Position numbers and translations under genes: made by a program. DNA of 64,000 nt from the human T2T-CHM13v2.0 reference genome, Homo sapiens: NCBI RefSeq assembly GCF_009914755.1, contig NC_060946.1; one strand, written 5' to 3'. Below the pieces are notes generated by a model that was given only the letters and a program-made list of their open reading frames with translations, was not told the origin of the DNA and searched no databases. Each line of letters begins with the position of its first letter. Position 1 is the stretch's first letter. Positions 1 to 15,539 of this stretch are shown in pieces.

Positions 1-263
1 TAATTAAGATTCTTCAGGTATAAGAAAATATTTCAATAACTAAGTTTGTGCATAAACACATTAAGGTCAAATACCCATGACATTATTGTGTGTTTCTGTG
101 TACTAGAGACAAAAACTTCAAAAAAAATTTTAATGAATATACGTTAAATTAAAAAATGCTTTCATTAAACTGAGATAATCTTCCCTCAATGCATGAATAC
201 CTTCAGAATTCACATAGACCAAAGAATTGTATAAAGTATAATAGCCTTAAAAATCTTATTTGT

Positions 264-565
264 AGCTGGCACAATGACTCCCACCTGTAATCCCAGCACA
301 TTGGCAAGCCGAGGTGGGCAGATCACCTGAGGTCAGGAGTTCAAGAGCAGCCTGGCCAACCTGGTGAAACCCCATCTCTACTAAAAATAGAAAAATTAGC
401 AGGGTATGGTAGCACGTGCATGTAGTATCAGCTACTCGAGGGGCTGAGGCAGGAGAATTGCTTGAACCCGAGAGGCAGAGGTGGTAATGAGCCAAGACTG
501 AGCCACTGCACTCCAGCCTTGGTGACAGAGCAAGACTCTGTCTCAAAAACACAAATAAACAAACA
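264..565 (+). mobile_element. Alu (AluS-like)
   Basis: Dimeric Alu consensus (cacctgtaatcccagcac...gaggtcaggagttcaag...cactccagcct) with A-rich tail. Confidence 0.95.
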
Positions 566-2044
566 ACCTAATTTTTCCCATATAAGTCTATGTTCATACA
601 AGATCTGAAGAGTACACAACACCGTGAGACAGGACAGACATATATTTTAAAAGTTATATTCCTGGTTTCTGTAAAAATAAAATAGTTGAATTTAAGCTTT
701 CAAGACAAGTCAACGAAAAGAGAATGCAAAAGTGAAACTCGAAGGGTCATTTCCCCATCAAGGGCTCATGATCACTGGACATTCACAAACTATACTGTTC
801 AAAACATTAGATCTGAATTTTGATCCGAGTATCCCTTTAGTAGCAGTTTCATTCAAGGATGTCCAAGAGGTAAAATAAGACAATATCATTTGCTATTTTC
901 AGTTTTCTTTTCTGAGAACAGCCCAGCATTCTTCTTCAGAGAAATGAATTGTGCTAACTTCATAGGCTAAAGGCTCATGAGTCATAGTTCTAAGGGTATT
1001 AATAAAATATGGTGGTGTATGCTTGTATTCTGAACTTTTCAGGTTTAAACTCTCATATAGTAAACGCTAATAGATACAAACCAATTAAAGAAAAGCCCTC
1101 TTAATCTGACATTATTTTTCTTTTTATTTCTTCATTTATCAGCAACAGGAGAGTCTAACTAAATGTGGTAAAGTGGTATGAGGGAATACAATGAACAGTG
1201 TAAAATGAATTAAACCAGGGATAATCACACCAATGTGGGTACAAGTGGAAAATATAATACAAAACACACCAAAGAAAGTGGCAGAAAGGTATATAAAGTG
1301 TATAACCACTCACATACCATTTTAGGACACAAAAAATTCTGCATATTATTTCTGAGCATCACAATGTAATTAAAGATTTCAAAAGGGCATTGAAATGAAA
1401 AACAACCAACTTATGATGTTGGTAGCCTCTATGCAATCATGTTTTAAAAACTTTAACACCAAAAAGGCTCAAAATCACCATTTTAAAAGACTGTGTCTAC
1501 CAGTCATAAATGAATCATTACTTTCGTCATTTGTAATAGTCAAAGATGCCACAAGCGCACGCATACACACATCTATATATACACCTACACACACAGTCTT
1601 GCTCATTAGAACATCTGATAGGCTTCAGATCATCAGTGTAATAACACTAGCAGCAAGCCTCTGAAGTTAAAACAGAAACTGACACTTTAATAAGTAAAGC
1701 TTTCCTCTAGGTAAAGATCAGAACTCCAACTAGCACTTAACTCACTGGAAATATCTTAAGAGTCTCAAAATTCACTGCTTTGAATCCCTGACAAGTATAA
1801 AAATTTTATACTGAAAACTTCATGCTATTCAAAACATTTAAACAGAAACATCTGACTTAAAGCTTACATTTTTAAAATCTTTTTTATGCTTCTAAATTTG
1901 TTTTTATTCAAATATGGATACCAACAATAACATTTATGTCAATGCCTTCTGTTCAATATTGAACAAATAGAATTAGGAATAAGAATAATATGAGTACATC
2001 CAATCATTGAATGTACTTTATTTCCAGTATTCCATTAAATGTAC

Positions 2045-2117
2045 CTGCTCTCAATGTCTGTACATTCTTTCTTTGTACTGCTCCTTTCACAGCAGGATCT
2101 TCCACTTCAGTGCTAGG
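2045..2117 (-). pseudogene. ANKRD20A-like: ANKRD20A-family pseudogene exon (73 bp), PSTEVEDPAVKGAVQRKNVQTLRA
   Basis: Minus strand cattcag|CCTAGCACTGAAGTGG...GAGAGCAG|gtac with canonical AG/GT; the peptide matches ANKRD20A as I recall it. Confidence 0.88.
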
Positions 2118-2208
2118 CTGAATGGGTTTTAAAAGATAACGATTCATAAATCATATATATTTTATACAACATGGAGTTAGTGATTCAAAAATATACATAA
2201 TTAATTAC

Positions 2209-2237
2209 ATTCAAGGAAGGATGTTTTGCAGGAGGCC
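2209..2237 (-). pseudogene. ANKRD20A-like: ANKRD20A-family pseudogene exon (29 bp), GPPAKHPSL(N)
   Basis: ttgtag|GGCCTCCTGCAAAACATCCTTCCTTGAAT|gtaatt; the 29-bp + 73-bp exon pair is typical of the ANKRD26/20A/30/36 family. Confidence 0.85.
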
Positions 2238-4613
2238 CTACAAAGCAAAGGGGATATGTCATCAATTATATGTAAGTATGACAAGGCCAACCAAACATTC
2301 ATGCAGTGTTACTGTCGAGCTGAATTCTCAGGCCTGGCTATAAAAATAATTACTTAAGGTTTTGAGGGTTCTTCTTGGCTTCTTCTTTTCATTGCCTAGG
2401 ACAGCAACATGACAGAAACACAATGAGGAAAATAGGAATATAGGATTCCCAAAATGCACAGTTTATATTTCAGTAGTGAGATTATGTTTCAAATGCCTAT
2501 ACTTAAAATAGAAAAGCATTGATATAACCGTGAACATGTGGACTGATGAGGAGAAAAGGGACCATTAAACAGAGGGGCAAATCAAACCTGAGAGAATCAA
2601 TGTCAAAGCTGATGGTGAATGTACAGAGTATTTTAACTCCACACACCAGAGGCATTGCTGCCAGCACAGCACAAATAAATTCCCCTTGTCTTGTCACTGA
2701 GGAAATACGCAGTTGAGATGACAGTTCAGGTGAATGTGTGATTCACCTCTCATCAAAGAAAGGGTTCTACATTGATCAGCTAGGATACACACTTATGAAA
2801 TAACAGCTAATCAAACTACTCATTTTTCCCATGATCACATGGGCTACTGCAGCACCTACATTTCTCCTATCCCCTCATTTGGCCTTGAATTAGAGCTCCT
2901 TGATCCACTCATGCAAGGTGGTCCATAAAACACATCAAATAAACCATGTCGAATAAGCTTCTGATATGAAAATATTTATCAAAAAAGAAAACATTGAATG
3001 ACCACAGACTTGCTGGATATTAATACATATTTATATTTCAAAATCAGTGCAGTATTTATTGAAAATGATGATTTTGGTTTTCATGGAATGAATTTTATGA
3101 TTACTTCTAAAATTAACTGAGTTTGGTATATTATCTTACACTGTAAAGGACTTTTATAAAACAGCTATCATATCGAAGAACTGGCTGTCTCAAAAAAATT
3201 TCACCAAAGCATCTATATGCAACTTAATCATATCTTATTCACTCATGTCAGTGAAACTTCTCTCCCTGAGGCCTGACAGTTATCAAGTGAAATGAGCTGC
3301 TGTGGTTTACCCCAACTCTAGCACTCCCTCCTGTCTCCAGTACTCTCCACAGCAATAACCTCTTTTGTGAGACTGGGCATATGCTGAAGCAACTGGAAGT
3401 GAGTTGTCTCAAGTTAACTTGCTTTAACTCCCAATACCCCAGCAAATGTCTTTCTTTCCTCCTTTTGTGTCCTTTCACCATCCCTCTTCCTTTGAAAAAA
3501 TGATTATCAGAACTGTCATCCTGATGCTTCCCTTCCTAACTGCTTTTTATGGATGATTGTGACCACTTTTTTCATCTGTATTCAGCAGTAGTATACACCT
3601 GTAATCTCTCTTTTTTCATCTCATTTTCCTTCCCCTGTGGCTAGAATCATGCTCAGAAATAAAAGGAAATTAAAGCTTTCCCTGGATTCTGTTATCTTTT
3701 AAATTGCTCTCCAGTGGTTCTTTTTCCAGATTTCTCTAAAGGAAGGCTATTCCCTTGCTATTCAGAGCTGTGTCCAAGGACCGTGCACTTTCCAGAAGCT
3801 CCTCAACGTATTCATGACAATTTGAATGCCTTGTTCTACACTGGTGTGCTTCCATATTGGTTTGCCCTAATTGGCCTTTTTGGCCTAGCCTCAACTTCTT
3901 TCCTATTATGTCCCTGAATTTAATACTACGTTATAAGCCATAATGTTTCTAATGAACTTTTAATCAGGCAAAGCTTCTCTAATTAATTTCTTCCCAATAA
4001 ATCACCCAACACTATTCTTTTCAATTATGTTAATATGATACTATCCTATGAAGTTACAACATTTTCTATGAAAACAAATTACAGTCATACATGGCTGACC
4101 ATTTATGGTGATGTTCATCTATGGTAGATAAAACACAGGTCTGCATGGTAAAGTACCTCAATCCTTAATGCCTCCCCAGTAGCGAGAATGACAGCAAGAG
4201 AAGGAAAATGTTACTGTAATTATATGACACATTTTGGTACTGGAAGCTCACTTTATCTTCCTTCCTATTTCTAACACCCTGTTCTTCCTTCTTCTACAGA
4301 TCAATTTGACTTTACTACCCTCCATTACATACATCCACTTTTTTTTTATTTATTCCATGTACACTCTGCCCTCCTCATTCTTTCTTTCTCTTTTATTCAT
4401 TTCCTCTTCCCTCTCTCCTGACTTGCCTCAGGTCTTAGAGTATGTTAAAATGGAACTCATAACTCACCTCCTTTAGTGGTACTTCCAATAGAATCAACTG
4501 CTGACCCTTGGTTAGAGACACCACTTATCACCATTTCATTTCTCTTTTACTTATGATACAGTTAATAGGACATTTTCTTTAGCTATTAAACTCTATTAGT
4601 GCTCATATTTTAA

Positions 4614-4925
<312 letters not shown>

Positions 4926-4964
4926 CTCCATCAAATGACTTTTTAAATAAAATACGGTTCTCAC

Positions 4965-5049
4965 CTTTTCCTTTTCCATTGACTATTCTGTTTCCTTTTT
5001 CATGAGAAGGTCCACGTAAAGGCTCTGACACTTTCTCGGGGACACACTG
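4965..5049 (-). pseudogene. ANKRD20A-like: ANKRD20A-family pseudogene exon (85 bp), QCVPEKVSEPLRGPSHEKGNRIVNGKGK
   Basis: ccttag|CAGTGTGTCCCCGAGAAAG...GGAAAAG|gtgaga; peptide resembles ANKRD20A QCVPEKVSEPLPGSSHEKGNRIVNGQGE. Confidence 0.88.
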
Positions 5050-5119
5050 CTAAGGTAATATCAAGAATTAGGTTCCATTTAAAATTATAATGAGTTGCAT
5101 CAAGAGTTTCTTATCAATC

Positions 5120-5418
5120 TCTTTTTATGAAACTGGGTCTCACTCTGTCAACCCAGGGCTAGAATGCAGGGGCCTGATTATGGCTCACTGTGGTCTCAAA
5201 CTCCTGACCTCAAGCAATCTTCCCACCTCAACTTCCTGAATAGCTGGAACTACAGGTGCATACCATCATGTCATGCTAATGTTTTTATTGTTATCTTTGT
5301 AGAGACAAGGCCTCATTATACCTCCCAGGCTGGTCTCAAGCTCCTGGGCTCAAGCAAATCTTCCACTTCTGCCTCCCAAAATGTTGAGATAAGCAGTGTG
5401 CACCACCACACCCAGCCC
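5120..5418 (-). mobile_element. Alu (old, AluJ-like)
   Basis: Diverged reverse Alu (ctcaagctcctgggctcaagc, gcctcccaaaatgttgagat). Confidence 0.85.
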
Positions 5419-5433
5419 TAATCAATTTCTTTA

Positions 5434-5745
<312 letters not shown>

Positions 5746-6107
5746 AATTTAAAAGAGAGATACAAACAAAAAACAAGCCTAATTAGTCAATGAAATATGA
5801 GCTTAAGCCAAGAAAGAAAACGAAAAACATGAAGTACAATAAAGTACATGGGGAAATAGATCTATAACAGAGCCTTCGGTCTTTCATAACTCTGATAATA
5901 CTAATTAATATTTATGCTGCAATTAGTTTTTTGTAAGTACTTCTGTGATAGTGTTTCTTACTATAAGACATTCAATTAGCTAAATATGGTCATCTACCAT
6001 TACCTGAAAGAACATTATTATAACAGAGAGAGAAAACTGGAACTTTCCATCAACTTTCCACCCAGAAAAAGAATTGGTCACCAGAATTCTAAAGAGTAAT
6101 GTATGGC

Positions 6108-6880
6108 AGACACATGAAAAAATGCTCATCATCACTGGCCATCAGAGAAATGCAAATCGAAACCACTATGAGATATCATTTCACACCAGTTAGAATGGCA
6201 ATCATTAAAAAGTCAGGAAACAACAGGTGCTGGAGAGGATGTGGAGAAATAGGAACACTTTTACACTGTTGGTGGGACTGTAAACTAGTTCAACCATTGT
6301 GGAAGACAGTGTGGAGATTCCTCAAGGATCAAGAATTAGAAATACTGTTTGATCCAGCCATCCCATTACTGGATATATATGCAAAGGATTATAAATCATG
6401 CTGCTATAAAGACACATGCACATGTATGTTTATTGCAGCACTATTCATAATAGCAAAGACTTGGAACCAACCCATATGCCCATCAATGATAGACTGGATT
6501 AAGAAAATGTGGCACTTACACACCATGGAATACTATGCAGCATAAAAAATGATGAGTTCATGTCCTTTGTAGGGACATGGATGAAGCTGGAAACCATCAT
6601 TCTGAGCAAACTGTTCCAAGGACAGAAAACCAAACACCACATGTTCTCACTCATAGGTGGGAACTGAAAAATGAGAACACTTGGACACAGGATGGGGAAC
6701 ATCACACACCATGGCCTGTCATGGGGTGGGGGGAGAGGGGAGGAATAGCATTAAGAGATATACCTAGTATAAATGACGAGTTAATGGGTGCAGCACACCG
6801 ACATGGCACATGTATACATATTTAACAAACCTGCACGTTGTGCACATGTACCCTAGAACTTAAAGTATAATAATAATAAT
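6108..6880 (+). mobile_element. 5'-truncated L1PA (ORF2 C-terminus + 3'UTR) with 17-bp TSD
   Basis: ORF 6099-6545 is the L1 ORF2 C-terminus ([14 protein letters not shown]...[13 protein letters not shown]); ends ccctagaacttaaagtataataat; TSD aaagagtaatgtatggc at 6091-6107 and 6881-6897. Confidence 0.97.
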
Positions 6881-7248
6881 AAAGAGTAATGTATGGCTTG
6901 AAATGGTGTATTTAATGGAACATGAGTTGGGTCTAATAAAAAGCTTAAGAAATATTAATCTAAAATCTCAATGTTAAGATTCCAGTTGAATGATACTAGA
7001 AAATATATTGTAACCCTCTTTGCTACCGATGACCTATTTCTATTTTATTTCCTTTTTAATTATGGCATAAATTCTCAACATAACATGTCAAAACTTATAC
7101 ACCGTTAAATATTAAAAAATAATACAATGTAAGCAATATTTTAAATACAATATTTAATGATTAGATACATTAGGTTTATTATATTACTTATAACATTCCA
7201 TTATATAAAAATTCATTTGTTTATTTATTCAGATTAAACAACTATTAA

Positions 7249-7545
7249 GGCTGAATGTCTCATGTCTGTAACCCCAGCACTTTGAGAGGCTGAGGCGAGC
7301 AGAACATTTGAGCCCAACAATTAAAGAAGAGCCTGGGCAACAAGGCAAAACCCTATCTCTACAAAACTCAGCCCAGCATGGTGACACAGGTCTATGGTGA
7401 CATAGCTCTATTGTTTCAACTACTTGGATGGCTGAGGTGTGAGGATCACCTGAGCCTAGGAAATGGAGATCGGAGTGAGCCAAGATCTCACCAGTGCCCT
7501 CCAGCCTGGGTGACAGAGTGAAACCCCATCTCAAAAAACAACAAG
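7249..7545 (+). mobile_element. Alu (diverged)
   Basis: Degenerate Alu consensus ending ccagcctgggtgacagagtgaaacccc plus A tail. Confidence 0.85.
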
Positions 7546-7724
7546 TAAAATGCTTCTTACATGGAAGACTGTATTCTAGGTACTCCAGGATACACACAAA
7601 TATGTTTACTGACCTCCAGTAGCTTATGGTATGCAGGAGCTTCCAATGATCATTTAAAAAACTAAATAGAAAACCTTCTGACATTCAAACTTTCAGAATA
7701 TGATATAAGGACTTTGAGTGGTTA

Positions 7725-8040
7725 TTTTATTTTATTTTATTTTTTAAGACGTAGTCTTGCTCTGTCACCCAGCCTACAGTGCAATGGTGCGATCTTGGCT
7801 CACTGCAATCTTTGCCTCCTGGGTTCAAGCGATTCTCCTTCCTTAGCCTCCTGAGCAACTGGGATTACAGGCATGCACTATCATGCTTGGATAATTTTTG
7901 TGCTTTTTTTTTTTTTTTTTTAAGAGACAGGGTTTCACCATGTTGGCCAGGCTGATCTTGAACTCCTGACCTCAGGTGAGCTACCCACCTCGGCCTCCAA
8001 AAGTGCTGGGATTACAGGTGTGAGCCACCACGCCTGGCCA
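7725..8040 (-). mobile_element. Alu (AluS-like)
   Basis: Reverse Alu with (tttta)n tail and gaactcctgacctcaggtga. Confidence 0.93.
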
Positions 8041-8982
8041 AGTAAATATTTTAAATAAACTACAATGACAAAATTATGATGATAAAGACTTACCATATTG
8101 GTATTAAGAGTCTCTGCTTCTAGAACTGGTTATTTGCAGGAAAATACATGTTATTCAATTAGATGAAGTGTTTTATATAAACTCTTCATGGACAACTCAT
8201 AAATCACATAAAAATCCCTTTGCAATACAAATCTTGAGAACATAAATTTAAATTTCTACATTTCCACAATTTATATTTTTAAATCAGATACAATGTTACC
8301 CAGGCTGTTCTCAAACTCCTGTGTTCAAGCAATCTTACTGTCTCAAACTCCCAAGTAGCAGGGACTACAGGTGTACACCACCAAACTCAGCTATTTTTCT
8401 ACAACTTTTAATATTTTTTTAGTCTCACTACAGAACCAATAATATAAGTAGAGAAACAATCTCTCCTAAAAACTATATGACACCAAAATCATAAGTTTCC
8501 AAGAACAAAAGCTATATGCTATGTGCTGAACATTTCTGCCACTAAAAATTACCAGGAGGATTCCATGATTACTGCAAACAATTTGATCCACTGAAGGTTT
8601 ATACAGGAATAAATATTAAGAAAGTCACACTCGTATGATTTAAAAGTCAAAGTATTAGTATTTATCCAAATAAACTTTAACCAAAGTTCATATTTCCTCT
8701 ATTGGAGAAAGCATTTCCTAATGTGATTTTCCTGTGACTACTTATTTTCCAGTTCATTTATTTTTCAGCTCCCACCCTGTCACAGTACTTACCAATCTTT
8801 ATTAGTTACCAAAGTTAAACACATTTTTTGAATCAACTAGCCATGTGTATGTTTTTCTCTGACCAACTTTCCATTACCACCATAAAACAATGATAGGTAA
8901 ACCACTGCTAAATTTGAAAAGTAAATACTATGCAAAACTACACCCAGAGTGAGAAGATTAATTTTACAAGAGACCACTTTAC

Positions 8983-9052
8983 CTTAGTAGCAACACTCAA
9001 GTCTTCATCATCCAATGTAGGCAATGAATCCACACACAGTTCATGCAAAATG
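8983..9052 (-). pseudogene. ANKRD20A-like: ANKRD20A-family pseudogene exon (70 bp), ILHELCVDSLPTLDDEDLSVATK
   Basis: ctcaag|CATTTTGCATGAAC...GCTACTAAG|gtaaag; resembles ANKRD20A IFHELRVDSLPASDDKDLNVATK. Confidence 0.87.
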
Positions 9053-11731
9053 CTTGAGAGCAAAAATACACAATGAAAATGAGCAAGTTGATTTCTTTAC
9101 AATTTTTTTAACTGCCAGTTTATATCCAGCTTCCCCCTCAAAAAAAGGAAAACATAATCTGGGGAAAAGTCAGTGATCTATATATTAAATTACGATTCTT
9201 GATATAATTAAAATATGTCCTCTGTTCTAAAAAGAGATTTTAGTTACCTATTTCTGCCTCCACCTGTCTAAATCTATAAAATATTCAATGAAAACTAACC
9301 TTGAGGTTTATAACAAATAGTGACAGTCAATATATTGGCAGAGCCTGACAATAATGTGCCCTCACAAATTATCTGTCCTGAAGCTGAACTTAAAATTCAA
9401 TTAATGGATGACATAAATTTTGTTCCCTAAACTGGAATAAAACTGATGACCTAAAACAAGGTAGAAAGATCCACTGTCTCTTTTCCATGATCTGTCTCTG
9501 GATAAAAGACTAATCTACATCACTTCAAAATGGTAGTCTTGATTCCTCAGCATGGATCCAACTTAGGAAGGTCCTATTGCTTTCCTTTACCCTAAATTGG
9601 TACAGGAAAACCCCCACAATATTTGAAATGTATGAAAGCTAAATGTACAGAAGTCAAATAGCAAAGATGTATGTTCTTATTGAGAATACTTTTCCCAGAA
9701 AGATTAAAATATTCACAATTATAAAATCCCATTATTTTCACTCTATAGGTCCTACCTTATTCAGGTCCACATAAACTAGCAATCCCTTAAAAATTTTCAT
9801 AGGCACTCAGACACCGAAGGAGAGAGACTGCCAGAAAAGAAACAGAGTCATGATAGTTGTACCTCTATTTCCCTAAGTACTATCTAAGTATATTTCTTCC
9901 TATGGACACCCACTTCCAGATTCTACTTCTGCAGGGTTCCACAGAAGTCTCCAATCTTTAAATCTTCAGTGTATGAAAGCACAGATTCCTGAAAGAATGG
10001 CCTCAAATGACCAGGAGTAGGAGCTCTCTATATCCCTGCTCCTGAAAAACAAGCTAACTGGAGTCTCCATCACCTGCCACCAGCTATACACACTACCAAC
10101 TACCCAACTGAACTCCATGACTGATTTGCCAGCTAATCATGCCCCTGACCCAGCCCACATGGACATGGGAAGGACATCAGTGAACTGTGAAAAGAGGCAG
10201 AGGTGAGGAGACACCTGCCCTGTGCCACACATCTATGTAGTTCAGCAATTTCCATCCCCTTAGTACTCCAGGGGCTCTAAGCCACCCCTTTGTAAGTCAG
10301 GATGGAAGTAGATGACACCACATTTCTATCTGCTGTAGACATTCTTCCCAGTGTCTCAAAATGTTTTGGCATCTTTCAGTAAAAATCTTCAAGTTTGTCA
10401 GTCCTTGATTTAAAAAAAAAAAAGCAGCAAAATTTTTAGAGCTCCCTTGAACCTTCTATTTTAATGTGCCTTTGTAGATAATTCCCAACATCTTGTGTCC
10501 TTCATTTTTATAATTTATCTTTATCAAACTTGTCATAAACCCCAATACTTTGATCTCTTGTAGAAGAGTCCGTACTCCTATCCAATCCAGTGTTGTTTAT
10601 CTTCAAACTTGGACTTCCCCTGCTAATTCCATTCTTATCTACTTCCATTGGGTTCACCAGCTAATTCCATTCTCATTCTATCCACAGAATCACTGCCGTT
10701 TGTATTATTAAAACACACGCCAATAGGACATAGAAAGAAGCAAGAGTACTGGGCTTTACCATGAGTTCAAATCTCATTTCTGCCAATTCCTATGTCTAAA
10801 AAAAAGCTTCGTAATCTCTTTGAGCCTCACATTCTCTATCTAGAGAATCACTTGACCAGAATGTTCAACGCAGAGAAAAATACTAGAAGGTATTTTAATT
10901 CATTCCAAGATTCCTTAAAATTCTGTAATTCTATGTCCTCTTGATTCTGTCTATAGAAAAACTTGGAATACATAGGCAGCAGAGTTTGAAAAAATAATAG
11001 AACAAAAGAAACACCAAGAAAAACAGAGAAGAAAGTTTTAAAAAATGAGGACAAGATTATATAAAAGTCATGGAAAAAGCAACAAGACTAAAAAATGTAT
11101 TATGGAAGTAAGCAGAAATACTTGCCTAAATGGAAAACCAAACTGTGAAGTCAAATAATTTGTCTCTAAGACTTGCCTAAACTTGCTTTGGTAAAACTTA
11201 CAGTCCTATGGCCAAAGCTAAGTCAGATCTGCCCTAGAGCCTTTGAAGGTAAAAATAAGATACTGGTTACCACTGAAATCGTCAAATTTATTAGGACTAA
11301 CCACATTCTAACAATAAACTTAAATGAGAGTTCAAGGTATTTAAACTCTCATTAATTTAGAAGTTAATCAAATTAATGAATCTGATTGATCTGATTCAGA
11401 CCTATACTTTGATCCAAGGGCTGCACAGATATCTATCAATCTATGCTGAGGAGCAAGAGAAAGGATTTGGAAGGCAGGCAGGCTGATGGTCAAACTGTAG
11501 GCCAGCTACTTTGTTAACTATGGGATCATGAGGCAATTAATCAGCTCTAATCCATAGTTGTTTATTTAACAGTAGGTTATAGGAACACAGATGTTATGAT
11601 GGCTTTATGAGATGATAAATGCATAGAACATATTAGGATGTCTAGCCCAGAATACAACACTCAACAGATATTAGTTTCTTCCATCTATATTTTCTTAGTT
11701 AACATAATTTTTTAAATCTATGAAATCTTAC

Positions 11732-11762
11732 CTGACTGCAGATTCATCAGAAATTCCAACAT
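11732..11762 (-). pseudogene. ANKRD20A-like: ANKRD20A-family pseudogene exon (31 bp), DVGISDESAVS; most 5' family exon found
   Basis: tctttaatag|ATGTTGGAATTTCTGATGAATCTGCAGTCAG|gtaaga; resembles DVGSSDESAVS; order is colinear with the four downstream exons. Confidence 0.85.
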
Positions 11763-12349
11763 CTATTAAAGAAAAAGGTAAAATGCATTTTAAATCAATA
11801 ATAAATGTACAGAATATTAAAATCATAAGAATGCACAGTGATGCATGTCTCTAATCCAAACTACTTGGCAGGATGAGGCAGGAGGATCACTTGAGGAGCC
11901 CAGAAGTTTGAGACCAGCTTGGGAAACATAGTAAGACTCTACCTTCATAAAAAAATTGTGCACACTTGTGTGTATGCTTTAGATCCTGTTTTTTGTTGTT
12001 GTTGTTGTTTTGGTTTGGTTTGGTTTTTTAAAGCATAAGACTGACGTTTTGTTACAAAGCATTCCTTTGGGAGCATGCCTGGGAACTTATTAGAATTAAC
12101 ATTCATTATAAGTATTGGTAGGTAATTAATGCAGTAAGAACTCTTCCCTCTGTATTTATTAGATGCAAAGAAGAATAAATTTATTAAAATTTGGTATCTA
12201 CAAGTGAACTGAAGTATACAAGTCATCCTAGCCAAAGCCTATGAGATTGAGTAAAAATGGTATTGTTAGCAGAACAGGTGTGATGAGTCAACAGTGTCAA
12301 AGAGCATGATTTCTGGACCAAAATATGAGGGGCCATTACAACAGAGTAT

Positions 12350-12695
12350 ACACTAGTACCCCTTATCCACTATATGCGCAGAAAGACATACTTGACACGT
12401 TTTTCTCTGCTGTCACACCACAGCAACAATCATCAACAAAGAAGGCTTCTGTAACCAAATGTGTGGAGAGTTTTTCCCCACCAACAAACAAGCAATCATT
12501 CCTGCTGATGACACAATTCAATTCTCACACCCTATCTACAGATAACATCAGATTTAATTTAATTTATAAATTAAACTTTGTCATAGATATGTATGTATAG
12601 GGAAAAACAGCTTGTGATTCAGTAATATTCATGGTTTCATGCATGCACTGGGGGTCTTGAAATGTATCTCCCACAGTTAAGGTGTAGTTACTGCA
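12350..12695. mobile_element. MER2/Tigger-like DNA transposon remnant, interrupted by an LTR-like piece
   Basis: Ends resemble MER2 (tagtaccccttatccac ... gggggtcttgaaatgtatctcccacagttaagg); internal 12390-12550 looks MER21-like. Confidence 0.5.
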
Positions 12696-13714
12696 CTTAT
12701 TTTGTTATAACACCACACAGCCTCTCTAGCTCTTCAGATCAAACTGTTTAGTTTAGAATAAAACATGCTATCGCCAGAAACCAACAAAACATAGGAATCA
12801 GACCAGAAACAGGAATCCTTGCAAATACTTTCCAGCCACCAGTGGAGAAGATCTCAAGAGAGATCAGTGTGTTACTCTGGCTAATACTCTTCTGGGTAAG
12901 GTGCTGGGTGGTTTCCTTAGTTGTAGCTATTTGCTCTGGCCTACGTATAACAAGCCCCAAATTCACCTGCCATTTTACCTCCCACAGAAAGAACCACTGG
13001 AAAGATCACTCCTTTAAGAGCTTATCCACATTCAGAGAGAAGCTGAATAAACACTGGGGAGGTATGGCAGGCTGCCGGGCAATATTATCTGATGTGAAAA
13101 AATATATAGAAAGGAAACTATCAATGCCCTTTTACTACCAGAATGTTCTAATGTTTGCCCATCTCCCTAGTAGGAGAAAAAAATTTTTTCACCTCACATA
13201 AAGCAAAACTCCCTTGTCATCTCTCATGACAGAATCTAGTTGTAGGTGAGCCATGCCATCATAATACAGGCTGTTGTCAACCTCATCCCTCAAAGGAAGA
13301 GGATCAGTGAGGAACTTATGTATTTACCTAATAGCATTCACTGCCTGGTCTTATTTCCAACCGAAGGTAAGTATGAAAGACTTTGTGATTCCAGTTTTAT
13401 AAAGCACAACACTTTGCACTTGTCCTCTTCCATTGCTAAAGAGTCTATCTGGACCCACCTCACAGAGCAAGATGCTCCAGGTTGTGCTGTGTAGTACGGC
13501 GTGGTGTCCTTTTCCTCAACCCTTTCTATTATGTGCCACATATCTATACAAATCATGTTTTCTAAGTATGTAAATCATATCTCATCAGAATACATCATTC
13601 TTTACAATGATAAAGAAGCAAAAGAAAAACAAAAGGACAAAGAACATCTTAAATGACTACATTCAACTGCCATGGAGCTTTAATTTTTTAACTACTCAAA
13701 AAGATATCCACTCT

Positions 13715-14160
13715 TCTTATTCCAACTATATGACTCTTCTGAAAAAAGTAAAACTATGAAGACAGAGTAAACATCAATGGTTGTCACGAGTTGCTAGGGA
13801 GAAAGGGAGAGATGAACAGGCATAGCACAGAGAATTTTTAGGGCAGTGAAACTGTTCTGTCGATAATATTACAGTAATAGATACATGTCATGTCATTATA
13901 TATTTGTCCAAATTCACAGAATGTACAGCATCAAGAGTGAGGCCTGATGTAAACTATGAGCTTCAAGTGATTATAATGTGTCAATGTAAGTTCATCAGTT
14001 GTAACAAATGGACCACTCTCTGGTGGAAAATACTAATAATGGGGGAGGCTATGCGTGTGTGGGAGGCATGGGATATATGAGAAATCTCTGTACCTTCCTC
14101 TCAATTTTGCTGTGAACCTAAAACTACTCTAAGAAATAAGGTTATTGATTTAAAAAAAAT
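13715..14160 (+). mobile_element. Old L1 (L1MC-like) 3' end
   Basis: attccaactatatgac...gaaatctctgtaccttcctctcaattttgctgtgaacctaaaactactctaa, typical of an L1MC 3'UTR. Confidence 0.8.
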
Positions 14161-14164
14161 ATTC

Positions 14165-14830
<666 letters not shown>

Positions 14831-15399
14831 TAAAAATAAAGATATTCACTGAACCTGTTACTATGATATATTTAAGCAAGACATGGCGACCCTAAAAATT
14901 AGAGATCATTGAAGACCAAAGTAACAACATGTGGTCATTATTTCTCAAATTGAAGTATATAAAATAAATAAATTTAATTGCATGCTTAGGTAAGAAAATA
15001 TTGATAAGAATGATTGAATATTTTATCTTATTTCATAATTCTAAGCAGGGCTTTAGCACAATATGAAAACTAGATTATTCATGTAATCCAAATAAAAGAC
15101 AATTTTTATTCTAATTTTAACTCAGAAATTATTTTGCTTATTTAACAATTTTACTGAAAGGTAAATGAGATAAATAGGACAGATTATAATTACCTAAATT
15201 GCTATGGTAACTTATGTACAAATAGCTGTTCGTCACTGAAAGTCAAAAAAGTAACCAGCGCTGCAACTTAAGATGGATCATACAACAGAAATTAGTACCA
15301 AGTTACCTTATCTTATAATATTATGTTATTAAAATGAAATTTTAAAACAACACCAAAAATTAAGTTGGGGTTATACAAAGTGTGCAGAAAAGATTTCAT

Positions 15400-15538
15400 A
15401 TAACAGGCAAGAGACTGCCATCCTTAGAAAGGCCTGCATGCAAGGCTGGCCCTTGGCTGGTGTTTAGGAAATTGGAATTGGGAGGGTTTCCACCATTCCG
15501 TGAGAAGAGTGGCTCACTGTGTCTAAAGTTTTTATAGA
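15400..15538. mobile_element. ERV LTR-like fragment abutting the ASNS break
   Basis: tagaaaggcctgcatgcaaggctggcccttggctgg...gagtggctcactgtgtctaaa resembles an LTR 5' part; family not determined. Confidence 0.45.
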
Positions 15539-15539
15539 A

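Noticed and set aside
3250-3900. Possible decayed retrocopy (purine-rich on the minus strand); a similar stretch lies at 10250-10700
   Set aside because: I could not assign a parent gene or a sustained frame by eye; it needs BLASTX.
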